From contig NIVC01002897.1 in the NCBI GenBank assembly GCA_002269645.1, positions 1-64,000 of the forward strand: a stretch of DNA of 64,000 bases, read 5' to 3'. Shown in pieces: positions 1 through 12,496 of the stretch. A program made the translations under genes and the position numbers. This stretch comes from Macrostomum lignano (Eukaryota). Within the stretch, counting starts at the first letter, position 1; the number at the start of each line of letters is the position of its first letter. The notes below the pieces were generated by a model. That model was not told where the DNA came from. It ran no database searches and saw only the letters and a program-made list of their open reading frames with translations.

Positions 1-1128
1 TGGAAGCGATTAACAGCAATAAAATGAATAATAAGTGCAGCTTTTATTGCTGAGTTTTTTATACCTAATAGTTCAAATTTTATGGTTATCAAATAAAAAC
101 AAAAATTTCATACAACTTGAAGCAGCAGGGCAAAAACTGTTTGACTAGGGGGGGGGGGTAGGGGGCTGTGATACAGTGAAAATTAATTCTCTGTGCAGCA
201 TGACAGGTTAATTGCCAGGAAGCACAACTTGCTGAGAGAGAAAGAGATCCGATGCTGCTCACTTCAAGCCGCTCTCTGGCCGCAGCTCACCAGTAGCCAT
301 CCCCTCTCCCCCTCCATCCCCCCTTCCTCCCTCTTTGATCTCATAGCTTGGACCGCGAGTTACGACCGCCCACACACGTCGACGCGGATATGACACTGGA
401 GGACTGCAGGATAGATGCAGATTGATTCTGATCACGCGGCATCGCCTTTGTGAATTTTTAGTAGCCCCCTCCCCTCTGCACGCTCTGCATTCTCACATAT
501 CGTCAGTTTACGATCTCTACTCACTGAGCAAGTGAGCTGCAGTGTCACTTCAAACAAACTTTTTTTGGCTAAGCAAAGAAAGTGCCAAGTCAAATTGAAA
601 CATTGAAAACAGTTGCAGGGTCCTTGTTTAAGACTGCTGAATGTACTGGATTAGACATGAAACTGTTTTTTTTTGAGAATCAAGTGAAAAATTTGCAGAT
701 TTTTTTCATAATATTAATAGCAAACAGATGTCTTCAGCATCCTCAGCAGCTTGTTTCCCCATCGTTTTATTTCCGATTTTTAGGCCTTGTTTTGTTTTGA
801 TCAACAACAAGGCGCAAAACTTGGCTTCGTGGCAATAAAATCTTTCAACACCTGGTTGCGAGAATTTCTGTGTAACTTGTTTAAAGAAGAAGCATTTTTG
901 TTTTTGAAATTGGCAAGCAACTGCGCAGCTAGTTAAGTCTCAATTTTAGAGAGGTACGTGCCTGGTAATCCAGGTGTGTTAATCCAGCGCTCTAGTGTCA
1001 TTTAAAAAATGACCCGGATTTTTCTTGAAGCGAGTTAAGACAAAAAATGTTTAAATTTAAGCCAATGCTCCTCAAAAGAACTAAGAATTGAGATTAAGTT
1101 GAAGAAATGCAAACTAAACACATTTCAG

Positions 1129-2003
1129 GTGAAGGTAGTGGTCAAGGTTGTCTCCAAAGACCCGTCAGCACCATCCAATTTGGCCGTGGACAGCCGTCGC
1201 AAGCAGGTGACAGTTTTCGACACGACTCCGCAGTACCACCGGAGCCAGGGCTCGCACAATGTGCCAAAGGCGTTCATCTACGATTCGGTGTTTACTGAGG
1301 AGAATAGTCTGGTAAGTGGCTGCTTCATTGATGTTTTCAATTGAGCTGCTGAATTACCTTGAATAAGTTGGTTGGGCATTGAGCAGATCAGTCTGCCTCA
1401 TTTTCGGACATGTTTCGCTTTTGTATCTCTTCGGAGGCAGGATTGCTCAGTGGTCTGTGTGCACCCTGGCGCACTTTACGCGACATTGTCGCACAACCGG
1501 TGAGAGGCATTACTGCCCCATTCCTGAGCAGGCACACACTTACACAGGAGTGTACAGCGGCCCTGATTTTATTTATCTTTAGGCATGTACACTTCAATGT
1601 ACCTTGGGGGTTGGCCTTCAAGGTCGTTAGGGTCACGGCCCCCCTAGCTCTCTCGAGCCGCAACCTCTGGTTCACATTCATTTGGAGTTTTTGCACAAAA
1701 ATTGGCCGGGGGTTGTGGTGCGTGTCCCAAGACGGTCGATCCCCCAAGACACAGAGTGTACAACCCTGCGTGAACGTGTGCATGAGTCAAAGGCGTCGAA
1801 GGCTTTGCGCCAGGGTGTCCACAACCCTGGTGTGGTGCGAATATATAGCGCGTATACTGGCTGAACTGAGGCAGTTTCTATTAAACCATATCTTTAGCGC
1901 TTTGAATATCGGATTTATCATTTTAGTTTTGTAATAGAACAATAGCATCGGTTTGGTAGACAGATAAATTATGGAACCACCAATGCTTGTTGGATAATTG
2001 AAG

Positions 2004-2042
<39 letters not shown>

Positions 2043-5000
2043 ACAATTCGATACTCTTTTATGATAGCCATCGGGACTACAAAAAGCGGAAGCGTTGTAA
2101 TTCAAGCATTTGTCTGGATGTTTTTTCCGGGATGGGCACAACTCCAGTGAGGGAGGGGAGGTGGCAGACAGTCCAGGGATCTGGAAAGCTTTCATGTTCT
2201 ATTTTTGAGGCAATAGGACGGTCGGGCGCCAAGTGGCAATAAAAAGTTTTTCTCTGAATTTTTGTGATTTACAACCTGCGAGTTAGTTGGGGCTAGGCTA
2301 CGCGGTCTGCCGATAAAGAAAAAAATTGAGAGAGAAACGGTCATGACAAAAATGTGGGCATTTGCAATAGGCACTGTAATGGCTGGTCTAAGCTCGTAGA
2401 TCTTTATTGTCCAACGTAAAGGCATTCTTTCATTCAAGCGTTTCACCCGAATTCACCAACAGCCCGAACTGTGCGCCTCTGCATTACCGGACATCATCCA
2501 GGGTGTTGTTAACGGCACCGACGGTTGCGTCTTCGTATTCGGCTACGGCAATCTTGGTAAGTCTTCCACACCCTGTACTGATCCACAAGAGTTTAACACG
2601 ACAGAGATGGGAGAGAAGACATCTGAGAAGAGACGCTAACCTTGAACGGGCTATCGTGAAGTTTCACAGGACCCGGTGACGGATAGAAAATCAAAAAGTG
2701 GTTTTTTGAATAGAGAGCTACGAACTACAGTCGAAGCACAAAAAATGTTATTACTACCTTTCGGCACGCCGCCGATGCGGTATAAAGAAACGAAGGCAAG
2801 AAAAATGTCTTAGCTAGTATACTCGTAAAAAATATGATTCAGCGGTCCCTCACGTTGAAAGTCCGAACGGCGCTGAGAGCCCTAAGCCAGTACGCCGACC
2901 AGTAAGCCTTTCATCTTGCTGTCTCCTTTGCGGCGCTGAAAGAAAATGGAGAGCCGCAGTGGCGCACTGATCTGGCAAATAAAATGTAGCCCATGGTAAT
3001 GTATGCTGGCGTCCACAGCTGAGAGTGTCCGACTGTGAGGGTAGCTGAAAGAAGGCATCCGTTACTGGGCGACTGGGCGACCCACGAATTGGACTCTTAG
3101 AAGAGTGTTGGGGTTAGAATGGGGCAAAAAAGATTATAGAGGAAGTGGCGGAAGTGGCCGCTTTTGTTTTTCTGCCTCTCCGTACGGTCAAAGCGCTACA
3201 AGGACGAAAAAATCTCTTACTAACTCGCGGACACCACACACATCGTTGGCCATCAACCCCCAGATTTAACACCTTTCTTTCCCAACTTTTATTTGCGTCC
3301 CAATCACTTTTACTTTGCTAAGGGATCGCAGACTACTGACAGGCTCCGAAAAAAACTTGAAAAGTGTCTCTTCTTCGTATCTTTTCTCTAGATCTAAAGT
3401 CTACAGATGCTGCACCAAGGCGGTCTGGGTTGCTGGGTGGCCTGGTCGGTGAAACATGGCCCAATAAACCCCTCTCTAATTTCGTATCCTACGCAGGCAA
3501 GACGCACACCATGATGGGTAGCGACGTGTCGCCGGGCAGCCTGGGAGTCATACCGTGCGCAATCGCGTGGCTGTTCCACCTGATCCAGGAGCAGCAGCGG
3601 CAGCAGCACAGCACCGCGCGCTATTCTGTTCGAGTCAGCGCCGTCGAGGTGCAGGGGCGCGACGAGGATCTGCGCGATCTTCTCGCGGGGGAGGCCGGCG
3701 GCGGCGGAGGTGGCGGCTCTTCGGGTGCCGCGTCGGCGGAGGTGTACCTCAGAGAAGACCCAATCTCAGGAGCGCAGCTTGAGAACCAGTCGGAGCTCCG
3801 CGCCCCAACGGCGGAGAAGGCAGCGCACTATCTGGATGCGGCGCTGTACGCTAGGTCGCAGATGCAGCAACAGCAGAATGGCATGTCGCACCTGCTTTTC
3901 ACTCTGCACCTGTACCAATACAGAGTCGAACGCAGCGGTCACGGTCGCGGCGTTGCTGGTGGACGCTCCAGACTGCACCTGATTGATCTTGGCTCCGGCA
4001 GGACCTCCCGAGATTCAGGATATCCTGCATTGAGCCTAGCCGCCCTCGGCAATGTTCTGATATCGCTAGTCAATGGCCAGAGACAAATACCGAACAGGGA
4101 ATCCAAGCTGGGCCAGTTGCTTCGGGAAGCGCTGGGTTCGCTCACTTGTCGCGCATGCATGATCTGCCAAGTGTCCTCGAGTTTGCAGCACAGCACGGAG
4201 TCGCTGCAAATCCTGCAGTTTGCTAACAAAATTCAACGACTGCGCAGGCGGGGCGGGAAGCTGACAAGCAACAGCTCGGACAGCTCAAGCTGCGATAGTT
4301 TCGGTGTCAGGCGCGCCGGTCGGATGCGGCCGCCGCAGATGGGGCTGGTGATGGCGTCAGCGAGACTGAACGCTGTCACCTCGCAGAGCGAAGTAGACTA
4401 CAGCTCGAGCAGCGAGCAGAGCTGCGACACCGTCATATTTGCTGGCGGCTACATGACTGATAACGAGCATCCGCCTGGTGCAGCGGCTGCCGCCGTTGCA
4501 CGACGGCTGGCCCAGGTGTCGTCGAGCGAGGACTCCGACACTGGAACCGAGACTGGCGGCAGCGGAGGCGGCAGCGGCAGGCGGGTTCCGCGCACCAACG
4601 CCAGGGCGCGGCCCAGCCTAGGAGGCCGCCTGGTCGGGAAGATAACCGCAGTGGAAGCCCTGTCCATGCAGCCCGAGCAGTGGATCGATGGACCGAAAGC
4701 GATGCAGACGCCGATCCCGGCACCGTTGCAGCCGTCTCTCGTCCAGCATGCGCCGAACGTTCCATCGGCGTTAAAAGTGACGCAGAAGGCGGCCCCACCC
4801 GTGTGCAACGAGCGCTGGATTGATGGTCCTAACGCTTCGCCGCCATCCACGGAGGAGCGTCACCACAGGCCGGAGCCTTTCCAGTCACTGCAGCCCGCGC
4901 CACCACCTGCGACGCCTCATCAGCCTGCTCATCTTTCTGGTCAGCTGAACCCACCGCTTCCAGTGAAACCACCTGAACCGCAACGCAAAGACGCAGAGAC

Positions 5001-5607
5001 GCAATCCGAGGAGCCATACGAGTCCGAAAGCTCCACTAGCACCTACAGCACTCTGGAGCGAGGAAATCAGCGTGTGCTCAGCGATATCAGCGAAAAAACC
5101 GAGGACACTTCGGGAAAAAGCGGCCAGGAAGGAGAAGACGAAGACGAAGCTGAAGCAACGGAGCAACAGTCGAAGCCACCGTCGCCGCCGAAGACGATTG
5201 ATCTCGACGAGGAGTCGACGAACAACGATGTACTGGAACGCATCGAGATTCCTTCAGCGCCGCCGTTGACTCAGCCTTCAGCAGTCCTAGCATCGTCATC
5301 CTCCACTGGTGAGAGGACACCAAAACGACACCAACTGGCAGCTCAGCCTCCAATGCAAACTCACCACCATAGGCAAGGCTTGTCCTCTCTGCCAAGACTG
5401 CGTAGCACTCCCGAGGTGCCTGAACCTTCAAACTCTTCGACAACGTGTGCTGGAAGTCGGGTGAAGCCGTTCGTTCACGACTGGGTCGAGAAGCACTCGA
5501 GCCCTGAGTCGTGCGACTGCTCCGCTTACGGCGATGATTGCGACAAAACCGAAGCCAGCAAGGCGAGAATTCAGTGTCGGAAAAAGCATAAGCAGAAGCC
5601 GCAGCAG

Positions 5608-5639
<32 letters not shown>

Positions 5640-7903
5640 GCAGCAGCAACAGCAGTGCCAGAGTGCCTGCAGCTCCCCGGTGCACACACTGCTGCAACGC
5701 GACAGGCCGGCTTCCTTGCAGAACACGCCAACGCATCATCTTCAGTCGCAACAGTCGCCAAACGCCAGTCGCCACCGATCGCGCTCGAGCAAGCGCTCAG
5801 CGCAGCAGCCGACGGTCCCTCCGCCTTCGCTGGCTCGAGTTGCTCAGTGGCTAGAAGGTGTTGAGCCCGACGACCTTCGTGCCGCAGTTGCGGCTGCGGC
5901 TGCCGCTTCCTCGACAGCTCCGACTCAGCAAAGTTCGACTGCAACCGTGACCTCGCCACCGCCCGCGTGCACTGAGGGGCATCAACAGCTGCATCAGTAC
6001 CATAATTTCCCTCAGCTACAGAAAATTGCTCCGGAACAGGCATCGGCAGCTTCGATCGCTTCAACACCGACACCGAGCCATCGACGGACAAGCAGCTCGC
6101 TGTCCTCGGAAGCAACTCCAGCATCGCCTTGCATCGCTGATGCGGCCTCTGGTCGATCATCCGCCGCGTCCACCACGAAGGACAGCAAAGAGGCAAGCAG
6201 CAGCACCCTGGGCCGGAAGGCAGCCAGCAAGTGGGCCAGCTTCCTCAACAGCCCCCTGTTCGGCAAGCGATCGTCCAAGTCCTCAGCAGCAGCGGCGCAG
6301 CAGACGCCACAGCAGGCAGTACAGCCGCAGCGACTGCGGATGGCCGATGCGGCACCAACTCCAGCTTCGACATCAACAATCGTGCAGAAGCGTCGCGGCG
6401 AAAGTCGCCGATCGTCAGCGGTTGCTTCGTCGACAGCGGCGGTCGCGTCCCAGCCTGTCGTCATTCCATCGCCGTACCACACGGTGACGCAGCCGCGGGC
6501 CTCAGTCCACAGCAGCTCTGGGCCCGACTCCGACTGCTCGTACAATCCTCTGGGAGCTTACTGCGGCATCGGCACCCGCCGACGTTGCGGTGGCGTCACT
6601 GGCGGCGCCTCTTCGGGCTACGAGTCCATGCTGCGAGACAGTGAAGCGTCCAGCTGCCATGACACTGCCAGCGAGCGCTCCGGACCATCGGCCGGGAAGA
6701 AGATTCCAGTCATTGCCGCGGCTCGCTCCGGTACAAGGAGAAAACGTAAGTGTCTCATATTTCACTCATCAGGGCCAACTTCAAAGGTACAGAGTGTGTT
6801 CATGGCTGACGATACGAAAGTGACGATGTGTTGTGTGCTTGCTTAGACGTCGAAGGAATGAGCTTGACCGCGAGCCTTCCTGCCAACTTACTGTACAGGT
6901 TACATGCTGTACAGTGCTCTTGGTCTTAGCCTCGTAACTAAATCGCTGCATTTCCCACTCTCCGCTGTCAAACAGAGACTCATCATCAGCATCGCAGAAG
7001 CGGTGGCAGCCGTTCTCGATCTCGCTCTGCTCCAACAGCTGAGGATGGCGAGGCAGAGGGCGACGGCGACTCATCGTCGAAAGTTGAACTCGACGTCGCA
7101 ACGTTGGCAGAGGAGCGCGAGGAGATCAAGTGGCAAATACGCTGCGAGAAGGTTGATGAGCTGCTGTATCAGCAGGAACAGCTCAAAAACGAGATGCTGC
7201 AGGCTAAACGACTGCTGATGGCCGATCCCGGAAGTTGGAATTTCGATTGTGAGTTCATTTTTCTGCGGCAATTATTCAGACTAGGGATTTATTTTCGTAG
7301 GATGATTTTAGGCACCCTGGAGCAACGCCTTTTGGCTACAACGTCCCACAAACTGCCAACTTCGCACACTTCTGAGCACATACAAGCGTTTCTTATCGTC
7401 AGGCATGTGCACTCTTTGAGCCTTTGAGGTTGGCCCTCCAAAAAAAATGAATCCATTTTTTGTGCGCACAAGCACTGAATCAAACCAGGGGGGTCTGCGG
7501 CGCGAGAATCTGACGCGTTTTACCATTGAGCTGCTTTACTCATTCAGAATATGGATGGTCAAGAGTCTGTCTCGTCACTGAAACTAAAAATGGCTTTTTT
7601 TAAAGTGACGGAAGGACAAACATGAAGTTCTAATCTGGGGGTGGGTTTTGTAGCTTCTTCACACTACTGTAGTCAGTAGGCAGTCTAGCGTCTATATACA
7701 CAGCTAGCTTCATGATTCTTTCTATCCCTGGTTCCCGACCCGCAGTACACGTGGCCGAGAGCATGGATCCGGAATCTCCAGGATTTCTAGAAGCGCTGCG
7801 CAAAGAGACGTCCATCCTGCGCAAGCGAGTGCACGCCTGCAAGTCGCACCTCCTATTTGTCAGCTGTTTCGACGCGAGGAACCCGTCCGAGGAGACGGAG
7901 TGA
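1129..7903 (+). CDS. KIF26: Kinesin-11 family protein KIF26/VAB-8-like (spliced, 5' end probably incomplete)
   Basis: Exons 1129-1311 (VKVVVKV..KAFIYDSVF), 2463-2556 (ELCASALPDIIQGVVNGTDGCVFVFGYGNLG), 3497-6745 (GKTHTMMG..SRLHLIDLGSG..LREALGSLTCRACMICQVS, then a long low-complexity tail), 6976-7248 and 7746-7903 (C-terminal coiled coil, PESPGFLEALRKETSILRKRVHACKSHLLFVSCFD). All junctions are GT-AG with phases 0,1,1,1 matching. P-loop GYGNLGKT and DLGS switch II are typical of KIF26. Confidence 0.93.
1462..1817. mobile_element. Putative short non-autonomous element (MITE-like), copy A
   Basis: 12-bp perfect inverted repeat CACCCTGGCGCA (1462-1473) / TGCGCCAGGGTG (1806-1817). Interior aligns by eye to 7313-7490 (gcaccctgg..ttatc.t.aggcatgt.cact..ggttggcc.tc). 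No TSD found. Confidence 0.45.
2006..2040. repeat. (CT)n microsatellite
   Basis: Pure CT run in KIF26 intron. Confidence 0.95.
7313..7490. mobile_element. Diverged shorter copy B of the 1462-1817 repeat family
   Basis: Starts CACCCTGG, ends CCAGGGGG, and shares internal blocks with copy A. Confidence 0.4.
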
Positions 7904-8580
7904 TACTATACCCTGTCGGAGTCCTGCTCAACCCAGTTTTTATATCAGATTAAAGTTATTTGCGCGAATTTTTCAGATTGTTACAAACGCTTCATTTATT
8001 TCGCATGATAGCAGCTGATGACGTGGACACTGGACGCTGATGCAATTTTCAGCAAAATTGTCAGGGTTTGCAAGTGAAGCGATTCTCTGTCTCAGCTGCC
8101 CATTTGACTTTATAATTCATATTTTAACGCGTGTTCGAAGTCTGCCCCAGTTGCTCCAAGCTGCAATGCGTTACGAAAGGCTTCAATAATGACACAGATC
8201 AATTTGATGCCTCTGTTCTGGCTTCCTACTCGCTCTGTTCAATATTTTTGCTTAATCTTCCTGCTTAACTTTGTACACAAGACGCGCTCATCATTTTTCA
8301 GTGGCTTTGCTACAGTGTCTGTCCACCAAGAAACCATTGATAATTTGAAAAAAAATTCTAACGATGCCTTTCCTAACCTTGGCTGGTGTTTCTCTAAAGT
8401 GTGCGTGTTTTTCGGCTAATAAATAAATGTTATCTTAATGGGCATTGGGCGCGAGTTGTTTGTGCTGCTCATTAATTAATCGTAATTTCTCATCAAGCGA
8501 TAATTAAGTTGGACTATATGGTTAATTTGTTTCTTTAAATCCTATTCTGATATGTCCTGTTCTCAGCAATCCGACTAGCA

Positions 8581-8945
8581 TTAGTTAGCACTCCCTCAGC
8601 TCGCAGTCCCTCAGCTAGCACTCCCTCAGCTAGCACTCCCTCAGCTAGCACTCCCTCAGCTAGCACTCCCTCAGCTAGCACTCCCTCAGCTAGCACTCCC
8701 TCAGCTAGCACTCCCTCAGCTAGAACTCTCCCAGCTAGCACTCCCTCAGCTAGCACTCCCTCAGCTAGAACTCTCCCAGCTATCACTATCTCAGTAAGCA
8801 CTCTTTCAGCTAGCACTCCCTCAGCTAGCACTCCCTCAGCTAGCACTCCCTCAGCTAGCACTCCCTTAGCTAGCACTCCCTCAGCTAGCACTCCCTCAGC
8901 TATCACTATCTCAGTAAGCACTCCCTCAGCTAGCACTCCCTCAGA
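8581..8945. repeat. 15-bp minisatellite (TCAGCTAGCACTCCC)n
   Basis: About 24 tandem units; produces the spurious GVLAE ORF. Confidence 0.95.
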
Positions 8946-9518
8946 GCCGTGGCCTGAGGCAACTACCTGGTCACGCACAGGTAAGCACACCGGGATAACC
9001 CATACCTTTAGAAGCAAAGGTCAGAGGCTGCAGGCCCTGGGGTCCACCTCCAAAACCTGCAGAGATCGAGCAGATGACATATTTCATATTTCATATCGGC
9101 ATTCTGTACCAGTACATCCTCAGCGAGACTCTCAAGCATTCTTTCATCACTCCGATACCGCTGGCACCAATTCAAAACAAAAGGCACAGCTGCAGGTGGC
9201 TATGGACGTTAAAATTAAATCGTTAAAATCATGTTACATACCTTTGCTTGTTTACTAACAGTAGTACATTAGCTCCAGTTGAGCAGTAGGTATTAATTTG
9301 TGAAAGAGCCAATTATTCTTTTTATTTGCTGGAATAAATAGAAAATGATGAATATTAAATTTATGATATTCTGCCTATTCAATGACGCTATACTGAATGC
9401 AAAACTTCCCCCATCAATCAATGATTTTTTCTGTCATTTGACGACCTAAGCGGAGTCAATTCCACCCGTTAAATTACAGCATCTATGCAAGCGGCACTGC
9501 TTTTATACAATGAATGGA

Positions 9519-9835
9519 GGGGGCTGTAGCCTAGTGGTTAGAGCGTCGGAGCGTCGGAGAAAGGTCGGGGGTTCGATTCTCGACCCACTCTTGGAACAAT
9601 TTGTGTTCTTGAGCAAGACACTTAACTCTGCATTGCTTCAGTTCACCCAGCTGTAAAATGGGTGCCAGCATTAGCTGGGGTAATTGAAGGTGTGTGTGGC
9701 GACCCCCCCCCCAGTCCTTGGACTGAACAGCCGTACGCAGCCTTCAGATGCGCCGCGCAATAGCTGCGGCTGAGCTGTCGATTGCACATCTGGCCATTAG
9801 GGCAGGTGTAATCAAATATTTTGTTATTATTATTA
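9519..9835 (+). mobile_element. tRNA-derived SINE with CORE-like central domain, copy 1 (near full length)
   Basis: A box TAGCCTAGTGG (~9528), B box GGTTCGATTC (~9570), central TTGAGCAAGACACTTAACTCTGCATTGCTTCAGTTCACCCAGCTGTAAAATGGG resembling the MIR/CORE consensus, (TTA)n tail. Highly similar copy at 29979-30263. Confidence 0.85.
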
Positions 9836-10500
9836 CAGTTGTTTAGTTGAGCTCAAGTATAGTCTCAGACGAACTGCTGAGTTCCCTCGAGTGTCTGTCT
9901 TTTTCTCTTCTAACTAAACTACAACTACAAATTACGAGTATGAAGAACAATTTTTTGCAATTCAGGCCCTTTAAAATACTCAAAACTTGATGGCTTGTCC
10001 TTCCGAATCGAAAATTTATTTGAAATTCGAATCGACATTGGAACCCTTATGGCCTATTTATCAAAAGAGCCGAAGTTGCTGCGCAATAAGATAAAATTAA
10101 TGTTGCGTTTTAAATCAAGCTAATCTTTTAACTTTGTTAAACTTGGAGTAATTTAGAAGGATAAATAAATAAAATTAAATTTCGCTTAAAAACTGTGCGT
10201 TGGTGTGTCCGCATGCCCTTGTATAGACAAAGCGAAATTGAAATTCCAATTAGGAAAATTGAATTCTTCTCACTCTCACTCTCAATTTTATTAAGGCAAG
10301 GTTTAACATTTAGGCGGTCCACGAAATGCCAGGTTTAGTAACTGCTGTAGGTATTTTAGGTAAGTCACCAAATTAGGTTCCAGGTTTTATGATGCGTTGT
10401 AAAATGTGGCAACAGACTGCAGGCAAATTTTCTAAATTGAATTGCTGAGGCCAGCAAAAACTGGACTTGTCCTAAGAGGTGCACAGAACACTAGATGTAA

Positions 10501-11476
10501 GGAGCGCCATTATCGGTGTAAGGAGCGCCATTATCGGTGTAAAGGGGCGCCATTATCGGTGTAAGGGGGCGCCATTATCGGTGTAAGGGGCGCCATTATC
10601 GGTGTAAGGAGCACCATTATCGGTGTAAGGAGCGCCATTATCGGTGTAAGGGGCGCCATTATCGGTGTAGGGGGTGCCATTATCGGTGTAAGGGGCGCCA
10701 TTATCGGTGTAAAGGGGCGCCATTATCGGTGTAAAGGGGCGCCATTATCGGTGTAAGGGGCGCCATTATCGGTGTAAGGAGCACCATTATCGGTGTAAGG
10801 AGCGCCATTATCGGTGTAAGGGGCGCTATTATCGGTGTAGGGGGTGCCATTATCGGTGTAAGGGCACCGTTGTAAGGAAATCGGTGTAAGGGCACCGATA
10901 ATGGCGCCATTATCGGTGTAAGGAGCGCCATTATCGGTGTAAGGAGCGCCATTATCGGTGTAAGGGGCGCCATTATCGGTGTAAGGGGCGCCATTATCGG
11001 TGTTAGGAGCGCCATTATCGGTGTAAGGGGCGGGCATTATCGGTGTAAGGAGCGCCATTATCGGTGTAGGGGGTGCCATTATCGGTGTAAGGGGCGCCAT
11101 TATCGGTGTAGGGGGTGCCATTATCGGTGTAGGGGGTGCCATTATCGGTGTAAGGGGCGCCATTATCGGTGTAGGGGGTGCCATTATCGGTGTAAGGGGC
11201 GCCATTATCGGTGTTAGGAGCGCCATTATCGGTGTAAGGGGCGGGCATTATCGGTGTAAGGAGCGCCATTATCGGTGTAGGGGGTGCCATTATCGGTGTA
11301 AGGAGCGCCATTATCGGTGTAGGGGGTGCCATTATCGGTGTAAGGAGCGCCATTATCGGTGTAGGGGGTGCCATTATCGGTGTAAGGGCACCGTTGTAAG
11401 TGCACCGTTGTAAGGAAATCGGTGTAAGGGCACCGATAATGGCGCCATTATCGGTGTACGGGGTGCCATTATCGAT
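10501..11476. repeat. 21-bp minisatellite (AGGAGCGCCATTATCGGTGTA)n with two internal palindromic junctions
   Basis: About 45 units; perfect 26-bp palindrome CACCGATAATGGCGCCATTATCGGTG at 10893-10918 and 11431-11456. Confidence 0.95.
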
Positions 11477-12496
11477 GTAATTGTTGATGCAATTGATGCA
11501 ATAACATAACAAATGACAAAAACTGCAAAGTTACCTGGATATCCATCAAATCAAAGAGATGAAAACTCTGTAGACCTTTTATAGTCCACAAGTTGACTTG
11601 GGTAAAATTTTGCTCAAAGCATACACACTGTTTTAAATAGGCTTCCAGAGAACTAGAGCATAGAGTAGTTTTTGTACTTTTACAATTTATTAGCTTTTTT
11701 TCAGTGAAATTACTGACATAAAATGAAACCATATTTAAGCATTGCAAAAAAATTTAAATTTACAAAGGTAAAATGGAAACAAATCTGTTTGCGAAATAAT
11801 ATTAGGAAGTGATATATTTTTACGCTTTTACTAACCGCCATGGACTCCTTTCCGGGTCCAGGTGTTATTTAGGAGTCCATGCGATATAGTAGAACGCAAG
11901 TGTCTGGGTTTCGAGTGGGCAGTAAATTTGCATCGATGAGAATTAAATAAAAATTAAATACCAGGTACACAAATTAAATAGGGGCCTCATAAAACCTCTA
12001 ATAAGTCTTACTGACATCGTTGAACGAAAAAATTCAAACAAAAAAAGAATTCACACGGGACCGGTCGGTGAATTAAGGCGCAATCAGGCGGTCTCACTGG
12101 AAATGAAATTATAAACAAAATAAATTCAATAAAATGACCAAAAATATTTTTAAGCAAGTAAAGCTGGGGGGGCTTTGGAATTTCAAGTATTTCATTTTCG
12201 AGTGTCAGCAGATTAAACAAGAGTCGAAGCAGATTAGGAAATAAAAATAAAAATAAGTTTTTGTTTTAATGCTAGGAAATTCTTATTGAAACAGAAAAAC
12301 AGGAAGTGCGGCGCGAGTGCAGTGCTTGTTCCTGAAGTAGCAAATTTGTTTCTTTTTCCTGCTGGGGAATTTCCCGTGACTGCCGCCAAGGAGGCCGAAA
12401 TCTTGAGAGTGGGAGTGGAGTAGCGACTTTAGCTGAGCCCCTGCTATGAATATTTGCGATATTCTGGCTTCGTATTACTTAAGATTTTGGTATACC

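Noticed and set aside
2600-3330. Transposon-like unique sequence in KIF26 intron 2
   Set aside because: No TIR, TSD, ORF or second copy could be identified in the window.
8945-9200. Coding-like unique segment (minus frame VLNWCQRYRSDERMLESLAEDVL)
   Set aside because: Short, interrupted, and no family could be assigned by eye; a TBLASTX would be needed.
11839-11881. 11-bp inverted repeat CATGGACTCCT / AGGAGTCCATG
   Set aside because: Single short stem with a 21-nt loop; not miRNA-like and no supporting context.
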